Shown: positions 1 through 8,630, counted from the stretch's first letter. The stretch is 64,000 nucleotides of DNA from Patescibacteria group bacterium (GCA_041660565.1 JBAZWC010000001.1:302481-366480); one strand, 5' to 3'. Notes: generated from the letters alone by a model not told the origin. Numbers and translations are program-made.

Positions 1-23
1 ATAATAATTAAATCGATTTTAGG

Positions 24-70
24 TCTTCAACAATTTCGGGGAAAGTTGGTTGGTCAAAGTGCTTTCGGTT
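24..70. repeat. 46-bp direct repeat copy A (4 mismatches to copy B); reads as a second copy of the 3' end of the hydrolase gene (encodes ...HFDQPTFPEIVEDLKSI* in one frame)
   Basis: tcttcaacaatttcggggaaagttggttggtcaaagtgctttcggtt vs 1074-1120 tcctcaacaatttcggggaaggtgggttggtcaaagtgctttcggtc. Confidence 0.7.
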
Positions 71-722
71 TCTTATGTGTCGCAGGGTAGTATTTCATTG
101 GGACACCATTGTATCGCTCGTTTAATCCCTCGTATATTAATTTCTTTAACGGCTCATAATCAGAATTGTTGTCAATTTGAGCTAAAGCTTTACGATACGC
201 ATTCTTATTTTCTTTTTCAATCTTAACCGATATCCCAACAAGCCCATATCTTTCAAGAATTAAGTTAGCAGCTAGCCTAGCAGTTCTCCCGTTTCCCTCA
301 AAAAATGGGTGGATGAATGTAATTTTATGATGAATCCAAGCGGCAACTGTGACTACTTTGTCAATGCATTCTACCAATTCATTACTAATCTCATCAAACC
401 CGATTATTAGTCCTTTGCATTCTGGACCAATGTTATTAATTTTACTAATAAGTTCTGCATCGGCTTGTTTCATAAGACCTGGTATTTTTGTTGGATGCGG
501 TGGTAGATGTTTTGAACCTGAGATTTTGACCTCTTCGGTTCTGAATTGCCCCGCAATTTCAGGCCAGATATTTTTCCATATCTCTTTATGAATAGCGTTT
601 ACGGTTTCAAGATTTATTTTCTTGTCAGACCTGGCATATTTTCGCACAAAACCGGCTGCATGAATTACTCCAGCAGCGGCTTTTCGCTCCAGATCCTCTT
701 CATCTTTTGGTCTGGATTGCAT
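54..722 (-). CDS. Fic/DOC (Fido) family protein, catalytic part; probably the downstream half of a frameshifted class II Fic gene
   Basis: Fic core motif HPFFEGNGRTARL (HPFxxGNGR); no ribosome-binding site upstream of its ATG; upstream ORF in -1 frame. Confidence 0.75.
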   Translation of the reverse strand: MQSRPKDEEDLERKAAAGVIHAAGFVRKYARSDKKINLETVNAIHKEIWKNIWPEIAGQFRTEEVKISGSKHLPPHPTKIPGLMKQADAELISKINNIGPECKGLIIGFDEISNELVECIDKVVTVAAWIHHKITFIHPFFEGNGRTARLAANLILERYGLVGISVKIEKENKNAYRKALAQIDNNSDYEPLKKLIYEGLNERYNGVPMKYYPATHKKPKAL

Positions 723-730
723 AAGTTGCC

Positions 731-925
731 TTATCTTACTTTAGTGGCAAGTTTATCGAATTCTTTTCGGTCAATTTTACTGCCTTCTAAAGTGCTAGAA
801 TAGTACGCATGTTCAATATCCCACGATTTCTCGAGGTCGTTTTTTTGAGACGAGGTCATCTTCTTGATGGTTTCTCGTGCAATTTTAATATTTGATATAA
901 GCAGTGATGCTTGTTTTGCGGTCAT
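731..925 (-). pseudogene. N-terminal fragment of a Fic gene carrying the inhibitory-helix motif SSTLEG ([ST]xxxE[GN]); separated from the Fic core ORF by a -1 frame change at an AAA tract
   Basis: Translation ...HAYYSSTLEGSKIDRKEFDKL resembles Fic N-terminal regions; strong RBS GGAGGA-ATG; both frames open only across 5 nt around ...actAAAgtaag... Confidence 0.45.
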
Positions 926-951
926 TTATCCTCCGATTAATGATCTGACTA

Positions 952-980
952 AGTATATTCCAATTTTACGCATTTTTCAA
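952..980 (-). promoter_or_regulatory. sigma70-like promoter for Fic module (-35 TTGAAA, 17-bp spacer, -10 TATACT)
   Basis: Read on minus strand upstream of RBS GGAGGA. Confidence 0.4.
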
Positions 981-1057
981 TGTATCTTTACATAATTATC
1001 TGTTTTAATTCTAATACAATGACGTAAATAAGCAACAAATATCCCTAACTGTCATGA

Positions 1058-1654
1058 CTATAATGCTCGAATATCCTCAACAATTTCGGGGAAGGTGGGT
1101 TGGTCAAAGTGCTTTCGGTCATCAAAAACCCTAAGCGTTGCTTGTAGCAACTCCTTAACGTAATCTTTGCAATTTGAAAATGGCACAACTTTGTCATCTT
1201 TACTTTGATAAATAAATATCGTTTTAACCTGTTTGGCCAGGCCGTCTAGCGATTTGATTATATTAAAATCGACTAGCGGGTGTTTGGTTGGCGTGTTGTA
1301 AGGCGCGGCGACCAAGTAAACCGCCTTAATTTTTCTTGAGCTAACATTTTCTGATAGATATTTAGCGGTGAATATTCCACCCAGTGAGTGCCCAATTATA
1401 ATTACGTTGTCATCTAGTAATGGAATAATTTTTTCGAACATAATTTTCCATTCGGCGTATCGCGCATTTCGAGCGTTGGGCATTTTTGGAATTAAAACTT
1501 GGTAGTTGCCACCTAGTGCATCTGCCAAATTGTCCTTCCAGCTTTTTGCCACCATTTTTTCAAGTGTGACCTCTCTGTTTTTTAGGTTTTGAATATATTC
1601 CTCGTGCGTTTCAAACGCATTCCCACCATTTATCACTAATATTTGCTGTGTCAT
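1058..1654 (-). CDS. alpha/beta serine hydrolase, RBBP9/YdeN-like (GHSLGG nucleophile elbow)
   Basis: IIGHSLGG GxSxG motif, ~190 aa size typical of the family; 3' end carries repeat copy B. Confidence 0.6.
   Translation of the reverse strand: MTQQILVINGGNAFETHEEYIQNLKNREVTLEKMVAKSWKDNLADALGGNYQVLIPKMPNARNARYAEWKIMFEKIIPLLDDNVIIIGHSLGGIFTAKYLSENVSSRKIKAVYLVAAPYNTPTKHPLVDFNIIKSLDGLAKQVKTIFIYQSKDDKVVPFSNCKDYVKELLQATLRVFDDRKHFDQPTFPEIVEDIRAL
1074..1120. repeat. 46-bp direct repeat copy B (inside hydrolase gene 3' end)
   Basis: See copy A. Confidence 0.7.
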
Positions 1655-1655
1655 T

Positions 1656-2180
1656 TTACTTCCTTTCAGATGGATTTATTAATCCCATTTGGATTTCGTC
1701 TTGATATTTTTGATCATAAAACACTTGTTCCTTAAGCACGCCTTCTACCTCAAACCCAAGCGATTTGTACAGATTGATCGCTGGGAGGTTGTAGCTGTAC
1801 ACCGCTAGGAATATTTTGTGTAGTTTGAGCTTTTCAAAACCGTATTTGATGATGTATTCGCAGGCTTTTCTGCCAATACCAAGCCCTCTGTATTCATCTT
1901 CACCAATCATGATGAATAGTTCGGCGTGTTTATCTACCGGATTTTGGCCGGTTAATCCAACTAGACCAACCGGAATGCCGTTGGCCTTGACGGTGAAGCG
2001 TTTGTCATATTTATTTTTTTGATAGCGGTTGAACCATCTTACGTTGTCTTTGTGGGTTACGCCGTTTCTAATTTGCCACCCTAAGTTGGCTTTGACTTTG
2101 GGATTTTGTATCCATTTGGTTCGTAGTTTGATGTCTTCTAGCTTTAGCGGGCTAAAAGTTATTTTTAATTGCTCTGGCAT
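1656..2180 (-). CDS. GNAT family N-acetyltransferase
   Basis: GNAT acetyl-CoA fold motifs (RGLGIGRKA...), 174 aa; 1-nt gap to downstream gene. Confidence 0.7.
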   Translation of the reverse strand: MPEQLKITFSPLKLEDIKLRTKWIQNPKVKANLGWQIRNGVTHKDNVRWFNRYQKNKYDKRFTVKANGIPVGLVGLTGQNPVDKHAELFIMIGEDEYRGLGIGRKACEYIIKYGFEKLKLHKIFLAVYSYNLPAINLYKSLGFEVEGVLKEQVFYDQKYQDEIQMGLINPSERK

Positions 2181-2182
2181 TT

Positions 2183-3016
2183 TTATTCCTTATCTTTAAT
2201 TTCTTTCTTCTTTGGCAAATAGTTCTCGTTAGTAATTACTTTTTTACCGGTTTCTTGTTCTAGCTCAATTCTAGCATTTTTGGCGATACCACCGCCTTTT
2301 ATACCAGCAATTTTATTTGGCTCAAATCCAGTGGCTTTATCTGTTTCGGCTATCTTACGGGTAGATAGCTCTGCCAGCGCGGTGAAAATTAGCTCGGCTT
2401 CAGACATATGATCACGCAGATTTTGTTTTGAAAGTCCTTTAATTTGTTTGTGTTTACCAACAGTTAGCCCGCTCCATTCTTGATGAATCACATTTGTTAG
2501 AATAGCAAATTCGCTTTGCTCTTCTATTCCATTATTTTTCCAGTAATCGGTTAGTTTATTTCTAGTTTCTTGCCCCATCATCCTTTGTTGAATCCATTTT
2601 TCACTCCGACCGAATCGTTGCCAGTTTTCTCTAGCGCGATTTATCGCTTTTTCCGGATCTTGAATTTCTTGGATTCTCTCGTAGCCAACTTTAGACAACC
2701 AGAGCTTAAACGGTTCTGCTTTAGGTGATGGGATCGACTGAATAATACGCAGAATAGCCTGGGTTGTGGCGCAATCCGTCAAGTATTTTTTTCCATCTGA
2801 CGATTCTAGTTTCAGTTGTCGACAAAGTGTCGACAACTCTACACCATCCTCTGAATTTACACGGATTTTCATTTTGAACCAATAGTCTCGCGCATTAACA
2901 CTGTTAGTTAGCGTCTCGACTACGTCAACCACTGAGAAATACCATACCGATTCCTTACTATCCCAGACTCGTCTAATTTTCTTGCCTTCGAATAACGCTA
3001 TTTCAAGATCGGTCAT
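2183..3016 (-). CDS. BRO-N domain / DinD-like (DNA-damage-inducible protein D family) protein
   Basis: N-terminal pattern ...IRRVWDSKESVWYFSVVDVVETL...ARDYW typical of BRO-N; DinD-like size (277 aa). Confidence 0.5.
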   Translation of the reverse strand: MTDLEIALFEGKKIRRVWDSKESVWYFSVVDVVETLTNSVNARDYWFKMKIRVNSEDGVELSTLCRQLKLESSDGKKYLTDCATTQAILRIIQSIPSPKAEPFKLWLSKVGYERIQEIQDPEKAINRARENWQRFGRSEKWIQQRMMGQETRNKLTDYWKNNGIEEQSEFAILTNVIHQEWSGLTVGKHKQIKGLSKQNLRDHMSEAELIFTALAELSTRKIAETDKATGFEPNKIAGIKGGGIAKNARIELEQETGKKVITNENYLPKKKEIKDKE

Positions 3017-3095
3017 TTTGTCTCCAGTCTATATATTATACACATCTATTATAATATCATTTGCGTAAAACTACCATACAAATACCGAATCGTCC

Positions 3096-3232
3096 GACAG
3101 ACGTCCCCGACATTATATTCGGGGATCCAGAAATAGACTTTTTCATAGACTGCCCCGAAGCGCGTTCGGGGTGGCTGGCGCCAGATTCTAGACGAAGTCT
3201 ACCCCGTGCTGTGCCACGGGGCGGGAATGACA
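3096..3232. repeat. cluster of truncated palindromic-repeat fragments (..gtccccgacattatattcggggatccag..; catagactg..; ..gcgggaatgaca) at left junction of GC-rich island
   Basis: Matches to repeat families at 8657, 9419, 21101, 41704. Confidence 0.55.
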
Positions 3233-3260
3233 CGAGGAGTGCCCGGGATAACATAAATTG

Positions 3261-3297
3261 ATAAAGAAAAGGCCCCGGGCACGGATGTGCTGGGGCC
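3261..3297 (-). terminator. rho-independent terminator (stem ggccccgggcac/gtgctggggcc, T-run on minus strand)
   Basis: GC hairpin followed by ttttctttat on coding strand, just downstream of stop at 3343. Confidence 0.6.
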
Positions 3298-3342
3298 TTC
3301 TTGGGGCGGGTAGGTTACGTGGACATCTCCGTCTACGACGGC

Positions 3343-3900
3343 CTAGTGCGTCTCCAACGCCGACGCGGGGTCGGTCTGGCCGCCCAGGTTGCCTGTGCCA
3401 GGCGCGCCTCCAGCGAAACCAAGCTGATCGGTTGCGACTGGCGGGTCGTCGGGCTCGGGTTCGCCGGTAGGGACCTCGTGGGTCAGACCGAAGATCTCCT
3501 CGAGCGTGTCGCCGGTTCCAGGCTCTTTGGGCTTGGGTTCGGGCTCGCCGGTCTCGGGCTCGGCCTTCTTGACGACCTCGTAGCCGAGTGTTCCCAGCGT
3601 GAAGGCCAGTGCGTCAATGCCCGACTTGATGCACTCGGGAACCACGCGCTCGGTGGTCCCATCCGCATTGACGATCAGACTGACGCTGCAGCCGGCGCCC
3701 TGCATCACCCACAGCCCGATCTGCTTGACCACTTCCTCGGCGGCCTTCGCGTTGCCGAAGTCGCCAACCGGATACTGCGTCTCGGTCACGTCGCCGCACG
3801 CCACCTCGGGAATAACGGCGTACACCACACCCCCTACTGCGACGGCCCGAACGACCTGGCGTACGTCAGCCACCAACCTTGGTGCGATCAAGTACGGCAT
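3343..3900 (-). CDS. hypothetical protein, GC-rich foreign-looking gene A (start MPYLIAPRL...), acidic Pro/Glu-rich C-terminus
   Basis: RBS GGGAGG-5nt-ATG, GC3-rich codons, own terminator; opposite-strand ORF 3301..3939 judged artifact. Confidence 0.45.
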   Translation of the reverse strand: MPYLIAPRLVADVRQVVRAVAVGGVVYAVIPEVACGDVTETQYPVGDFGNAKAAEEVVKQIGLWVMQGAGCSVSLIVNADGTTERVVPECIKSGIDALAFTLGTLGYEVVKKAEPETGEPEPKPKEPGTGDTLEEIFGLTHEVPTGEPEPDDPPVATDQLGFAGGAPGTGNLGGQTDPASALETH

Positions 3901-4041
3901 GTGCTTCCTCCCTGTGGAGTAACTCACAGATGTTTGTGAGCCAAGCCTGCTATTGGCTTGGGTTAGACAAGAAATACTTCTTTTCTAACCTAAACCTTAA
4001 GTAAAACTATTATTATATTGTTCAGTTTCTAAACTGGATGT

Positions 4042-4070
4042 ATTTTAGTAATTATTTATAGTTTTGTCAA
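4042..4070 (-). promoter_or_regulatory. sigma70-like promoter for gene A (TTGACA-17-TAAAAT) followed by ~150-nt leader with two small hairpins
   Basis: Read on minus strand in AT-rich spacer. Confidence 0.4.
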
Positions 4071-4129
4071 TACTTATTTATATTTTATGTGATGGGGTCG
4101 ATGGTTTTTGCATATTCCAAAGCACGGTA

Positions 4130-4166
4130 GTAATGAAAACGGCCGGGGCGCGGATGCGCCCCGACC
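4130..4166 (-). terminator. rho-independent terminator (ggccggggcgcggatgcgccccgacc + T-run), same family as 3271 and 4795
   Basis: Hairpin with conserved loop gGATGc, followed by gttttcattac on minus strand. Confidence 0.6.
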
Positions 4167-4187
4167 GATTGTCAGGCTTGGTGCCGG

Positions 4188-4700
4188 CTACATGCCGGCG
4201 GAGGCCTCAGCGTGTGAGTTGCCTCTGACGTTCACCTGCATCGTGAACGTCACAACGGTACCGCTGGTGTAGATATACACGTCAGCGGTACTTCCATCCA
4301 GGTACGAGTGTACCGCCGGGGTGGTGTACCCCGCGGCTAGCGCAACCCCAGCGCCCATGCATCCAGACGACGCGAATCCGTCATCGGCCTGGATGTTGCC
4401 CGAGCACCGACCACTTGCCGTGACATGGAGCGGCATTGGCGTGCCGGTGCCAATCCAGTACCACGTGGTGGTCGATCGGGCCGTGGCCACAGCAGACGAC
4501 AAGTTTGGGAAGTACCCCTCTGCGTAGAGGGTGTTCCCGCTGACCCAGACGTCAGCGAACTCCTTCGACTGGCTGGTGATGACCAGCCCGCTCGGGACGC
4601 ATGTCCAGAAACCGGTTGGCAGACCACCGCCAGACGCCTTAGCCGACGGGACAACAATCTGCCCCGTTGCCATCAGAAGTGCTACAACCAGTGGATACAT
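4188..4700 (-). CDS. small secreted hypothetical protein, GC-rich gene B (signal peptide MYPLVVALLMATGQIVVPSAKA; G/T/S/A-rich, 4 Cys)
   Basis: RBS GGAGG-6nt-ATG; N-terminal hydrophobic signal; own promoter and terminator. Confidence 0.5.
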   Translation of the reverse strand: MYPLVVALLMATGQIVVPSAKASGGGLPTGFWTCVPSGLVITSQSKEFADVWVSGNTLYAEGYFPNLSSAVATARSTTTWYWIGTGTPMPLHVTASGRCSGNIQADDGFASSGCMGAGVALAAGYTTPAVHSYLDGSTADVYIYTSGTVVTFTMQVNVRGNSHAEASAGM

Positions 4701-4748
4701 CTACGTCCTCCGTAGGGTTTTTGTACTGCATCCAGGCGTACACGGCAT

Positions 4749-4777
4749 ATATTAGCATAAGTTTTTAATTTTGTCAA
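4749..4777 (-). promoter_or_regulatory. sigma70-like promoter for gene B (TTGACA-17-TAATAT)
   Basis: Near-consensus hexamers in AT-rich spacer. Confidence 0.5.
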
Positions 4778-4784
4778 CATTTTT

Positions 4785-4821
4785 GCAACAAAAAGGGCCG
4801 AGGCGCAGATGCGCCCCGGCC
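4785..4821 (-). terminator. rho-independent terminator (gggccgaggcgcagatgcgccccggcc + T-run)
   Basis: Third member of the conserved terminator family. Confidence 0.6.
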
Positions 4822-4833
4822 ATTCGGGCTATG

Positions 4834-5613
4834 TTAGCTCGCGGTCAGAGTGAACAGGGATGTGCCCTCGGTGAAGTAGGCGGCGTCCGCAATATCCAAC
4901 ATCAGTAGCTGATCGCCACCACCCCTCACAACCACCACCCCCTCGTTCTGTCCTTTGGCTTGATTGGCTACAACGCGGGTTCCGGGCAGAATCACCTTGG
5001 CGTCTGCCGGAATAACGACGCCGGTGACGTAGCACCTGACAAACCAAAGGAATTCCAGTAGCCCACCGGGGATGACGCGTTTTGGGATGTGATTCCCATG
5101 CACTGCCACCGGAACGCCGAGGTTAACGGGCACGTCGTCCGTGGTGATGAAATGCGTGGACAGATCTGGCACAACTGAGGCGCAAGGCAACGATTCACCA
5201 GCTGTCGTAGCTGGCTCCCAGTTGATCCATGACTTGATGTTCGCCTGCGTCGGAGCAAGCCGCTGATCAGCCAGTGCCTGCTCGAACGGCTCGCACAGTC
5301 CAATACCCGAACCATTTTCAAGCATCCGCCGGACAAGTCTGGAATACGCGTCCGACCGTAGCAATAGGTCCACGTACACCCCCATCGACACCATCAATAC
5401 CACCGTACTGGGTAGTTTGACAGCACCATCATCGGATATGCTCAGCTGATTGGGATCCAGCTGATATTGCACGCCCCCGTTATTGCCAAGCACCCGCAGT
5501 AACGCGCTGATATCGAACTGGTGCGGGACCCGATGGGTGACGCATCGCACATCACAATCCGGCCGGCGCGTCACATAGCCGGCTGGCGTGTCGCTTAGCC
5601 TTATCGCTGGCAC
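4834..5613 (-). CDS. hypothetical protein, GC-rich gene C (GTG start, RBS GGAGGA)
   Basis: 259-aa ORF, GC-rich, own terminator; opposite-strand/alternative-frame ORFs judged artifacts. Confidence 0.4.
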   Translation of the reverse strand: MPAIRLSDTPAGYVTRRPDCDVRCVTHRVPHQFDISALLRVLGNNGGVQYQLDPNQLSISDDGAVKLPSTVVLMVSMGVYVDLLLRSDAYSRLVRRMLENGSGIGLCEPFEQALADQRLAPTQANIKSWINWEPATTAGESLPCASVVPDLSTHFITTDDVPVNLGVPVAVHGNHIPKRVIPGGLLEFLWFVRCYVTGVVIPADAKVILPGTRVVANQAKGQNEGVVVVRGGGDQLLMLDIADAAYFTEGTSLFTLTAS

Positions 5614-5935
5614 CTTGGTTCCTCCGTTGCGCTATCTAAGCGCGGTGTGAATGTACTGCCGCGTACATTAAATCACTTTTTGTCATAAAAGTCCACTAAA
5701 ATAAAGTAACGGTTCACAACAATATGAGTGTTCTCGTTCGAGGAGTTCGGAAAACGACGAGAACTATCTACAAATTAGTTCTCGCTACGCTCGAACAAGA
5801 AAGTCTGTTTGATAACTGTGCACTTTTATAAAATATAATCTGACAAGGGGTTGACAGAATTAAATCATATCTGTTATTATTAGTGCATCACGAGAGAGAA
5901 ACGAACTGGCAACTACGTGTTGCCTGTAACGCCTC

Positions 5936-6460
5936 TCATTTTTTGTATTCTAATTTCGCTTTTTCGTTCTCGATAAAGGTTTTGTACGATTGAAATTTCT
6001 TTAGTAATGATGATTCCGATTTGCGGTTTGGGATAACTACCCTAAGCAATTTATTTTGATCAATTAGATATTCGTACAGACATCTAAAATCACCATCACT
6101 AGAGACAATGACCGCTTTGTCATAATTTGGATATTGCAGCACCGCCGAGTGCAACACTAATTCGGCATCTATATTGCCTTTGGTTTTGCCTAATCTATCG
6201 GTGGTGGTGGGCTTGAACACTAATTCGTAGCCAAACGATCTAAGTTGGCTGTATAGTTGCTCGTTGTCTTCAATGTATCCAATGAATAGAAATGCTTTTG
6301 AGACCCGGAATTTATTAGAAAGATAAACGCGGAATTTGCGGAAATCCAGATGCCAACCGGTGTAAATCTTTCTACCGCGCTGGTTAATGACGTCTTTGCC
6401 CGTGCCTAAGTTTAGATTTTGACTGTCAATGAAGGCGTAGACGATTTGATGATTTTTCAT
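5936..6460 (-). CDS. NYN (LabA-like) domain protein; start taken at internal ATG overlapping obg stop (ATGA)
   Basis: VYAFIDSQNL...VIVSSDGDF motifs of NYN domain; translational coupling with obg. Confidence 0.6.
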   Translation of the reverse strand: MKNHQIVYAFIDSQNLNLGTGKDVINQRGRKIYTGWHLDFRKFRVYLSNKFRVSKAFLFIGYIEDNEQLYSQLRSFGYELVFKPTTTDRLGKTKGNIDAELVLHSAVLQYPNYDKAVIVSSDGDFRCLYEYLIDQNKLLRVVIPNRKSESSLLKKFQSYKTFIENEKAKLEYKK

Positions 6461-7503
6461 ATTTTGATTGCTTTGATTATTTGACGTTTGAGTTCGGTAA
6501 GACCTAAGCCGGTGGCGCAAGAGATAAACATAGCGTTTGGCATCTCTTTGGCCAGTTTCTTTTGATCTTTTTCCGGAATTGCATCAATTTTGTTGATGGC
6601 CACAATGCGTGGCTTTTTAAGTAAAGTGGAGTTGAATTGCTTGGCCTCGTTTTCGAGAGTTTTTAGGTTTGCTTTAACGTCTGCGTCTGTACCATCTAGA
6701 ATAAATAATAATAATTTTGTGCGGTTGATGTGACGCAGAAATTCAACTCCAAGACCCTTGCCGCTGGCCGCGCCTTCAATAATTCCGGGGATATCGGCGA
6801 TAACCAGGTGATTTCCATCAATATCTGCCACCCCAAGATTTGGCTCTAGGGTGGTAAACGGATAGTTGGCAATTTTTGGCCGGGCGTTGGTGGTTACCGA
6901 TAAAAAGGTAGATTTTCCAGCGTTTGGCAAGCCAACCAGACCAACATCGGCAATTAGTTGCAGCTCTAGGTCTAGATTAAATTGCTGGCCCAACATACCG
7001 GTTTTAGCCCAGTGCGGAGCTTGTTTTATACTGGTAGCAAAGTGCGCGTTACCCCAACCGCCACGGCCGCCTTTAGCGATGATTTCGGTTTGACCTTCGG
7101 TTAGGATTTCGTATTTTTTAGGAGCGTCATTCACGTGCAGGCGGGATTCTATGTCTTTTATATCTGGATTCCGGATCAAGTCCGGAATGACAGGTCGTGA
7201 TGCTTCGTCAACAACTGAGATGATTGTGCCGAGGGGAACATGAATAATGCAGTCTTCGCCGTTTTTACCGTGCATCTTTTTACCCATTCCGCCTTGACCG
7301 TTCTGTGCCTCGTACATCTTTTTTGATCTAAAATCGCTTAGCGTGTGTAGATCTCGTTTGCCCACAATAACCACGTCTCCCCCATTACCCCCATCACCCC
7401 CATCCGGGCCTCCGTTGGGAATATATTTCTCACGCCGAAAAGAGACGGCTCCATCGCCGCCATTACCAGATTGAACGCTAATTTCACATTGATCGATAAA
7501 CAT
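6457..7503 (-). CDS. obg: GTPase Obg (ObgE/CgtA), no C-terminal extension
   Basis: Gly-rich Obg fold N-terminus, GLPNAGKST G1 and DIPG motifs. Confidence 0.9.
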   Translation of the reverse strand: MFIDQCEISVQSGNGGDGAVSFRREKYIPNGGPDGGDGGNGGDVVIVGKRDLHTLSDFRSKKMYEAQNGQGGMGKKMHGKNGEDCIIHVPLGTIISVVDEASRPVIPDLIRNPDIKDIESRLHVNDAPKKYEILTEGQTEIIAKGGRGGWGNAHFATSIKQAPHWAKTGMLGQQFNLDLELQLIADVGLVGLPNAGKSTFLSVTTNARPKIANYPFTTLEPNLGVADIDGNHLVIADIPGIIEGAASGKGLGVEFLRHINRTKLLLFILDGTDADVKANLKTLENEAKQFNSTLLKKPRIVAINKIDAIPEKDQKKLAKEMPNAMFISCATGLGLTELKRQIIKAIKI

Positions 7504-8630
7504 TAGTAAATAAATCCTTTTAATGGAATTGAATTGATACTGACAGTGCGCGAGCTAATAATGCCAAAGCCTTTGTAGTTTTCCTCACTCACCGTTACTG
7601 TACTACCATTTACGCTTTCTACAATAGCCACGTGACCCCAACCACTTTCACCGGTAACCATAATTGCACCGGCTTTGGGGGTTCGGCCGGTGGCGTAACC
7701 ATCGGCTCTGGCACCCGATAACCACTGCCCCGCGTTGCCCCAGCGGCCAACTGCGCGTCGTGACGCTACGTAGGAGGTACAATATCCACCCGGATAACCA
7801 CGGTATGATTTATAATCACGTGTACCAACTCGGGTTACACTGGTGGTTTTCTTTTTGGTACTAGAGCTGGAATTACCGGATGCAACCTGTTTTTTGGCGT
7901 TGTTGATATCGTTTAGAATAGCAACCCAGTTGGTTGGCCCGCCATCGATGTCTTCAGCTGGGACCGTAATCACATCACCCGGAGATAATTTGGGTAAACC
8001 ATTTTTCTTTAACTTGGCTTCATCTATGCCGTTTGCGGCAAACAACGAAGCGGTGTGAAGGTTGTTTTTGCCCGCAATGCCAGACCAGGTATCGCCTTGC
8101 TGCACGGTGTAGTTAATAGCAAAACCACCGTATTGGCTTTGGTTGTCCGCACTCATGGCCAAAATGGACGCTTGGGCAATGTAATCTTGCTCTTGAATTC
8201 CCGCCAATGAGTGTGCTACCTCCGTTGGATCAACGTTTAGCGTTGGGGTGAACTGACCAACATCGGTAATAATAGCGGCGGTAACATCGGGCGAGGTAGG
8301 TAAGAATTGATACAAATTGGTTTCAGATGTGGCCGATGAATGGATAAAGTTAGATCCAATAAGCGCGGCGGCCATTAGTGATATGTTGGCTTTGCGATTA
8401 AAAACACGTAGCGAATCTAGGTTTATCTTAGATCGATTAATTTGAAACTTGGGCACACGCACAGACGCGATGCCGTAATGATACTTAATTTGATAGCGAA
8501 AACTGCTGACAGTACTCCGAATTCGTCGTCGCTTTGTGTCGGCAATGATCTGCAATTTAATGTAGATTTTTTTGAACCAAGCAGTGGCGTTTTTCATTCT
8601 GTGTACATTTATGTTAAAGGAAAAATGCAT
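7503..8630 (-). CDS. LysM + CHAP domain peptidoglycan hydrolase (true start probably downstream of annotated ATG)
   Basis: LysM (YTVQQGDTWSGIAG...) and C-terminal CHAP (GYCTSYVA...GHVAIVESV); 1-nt overlap with obg start. Confidence 0.7.
   Translation of the reverse strand: MHFSFNINVHRMKNATAWFKKIYIKLQIIADTKRRRIRSTVSSFRYQIKYHYGIASVRVPKFQINRSKINLDSLRVFNRKANISLMAAALIGSNFIHSSATSETNLYQFLPTSPDVTAAIITDVGQFTPTLNVDPTEVAHSLAGIQEQDYIAQASILAMSADNQSQYGGFAINYTVQQGDTWSGIAGKNNLHTASLFAANGIDEAKLKKNGLPKLSPGDVITVPAEDIDGGPTNWVAILNDINNAKKQVASGNSSSSTKKKTTSVTRVGTRDYKSYRGYPGGYCTSYVASRRAVGRWGNAGQWLSGARADGYATGRTPKAGAIMVTGESGWGHVAIVESVNGSTVTVSEENYKGFGIISSRTVSINSIPLKGFIY

Noticed and set aside
3301-3939. 212-aa plus-strand ORF (and several other 60-110-aa ORFs on both strands between 3258 and 5336)
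   Set aside because: GC-rich DNA has few stop codons, so antisense ORFs are expected. The minus-strand genes have GGAGG RBSs, a start codon and terminators placed exactly downstream of their stops, while the plus-strand ORFs have none.
5852-5885. Plus-strand promoter-like TTGACA…TTATTA upstream of 5936
   Set aside because: It points into the 3' end of a minus-strand gene with no plus-strand ORF downstream. It is probably a chance match in AT-rich spacer, or an antisense promoter at best.
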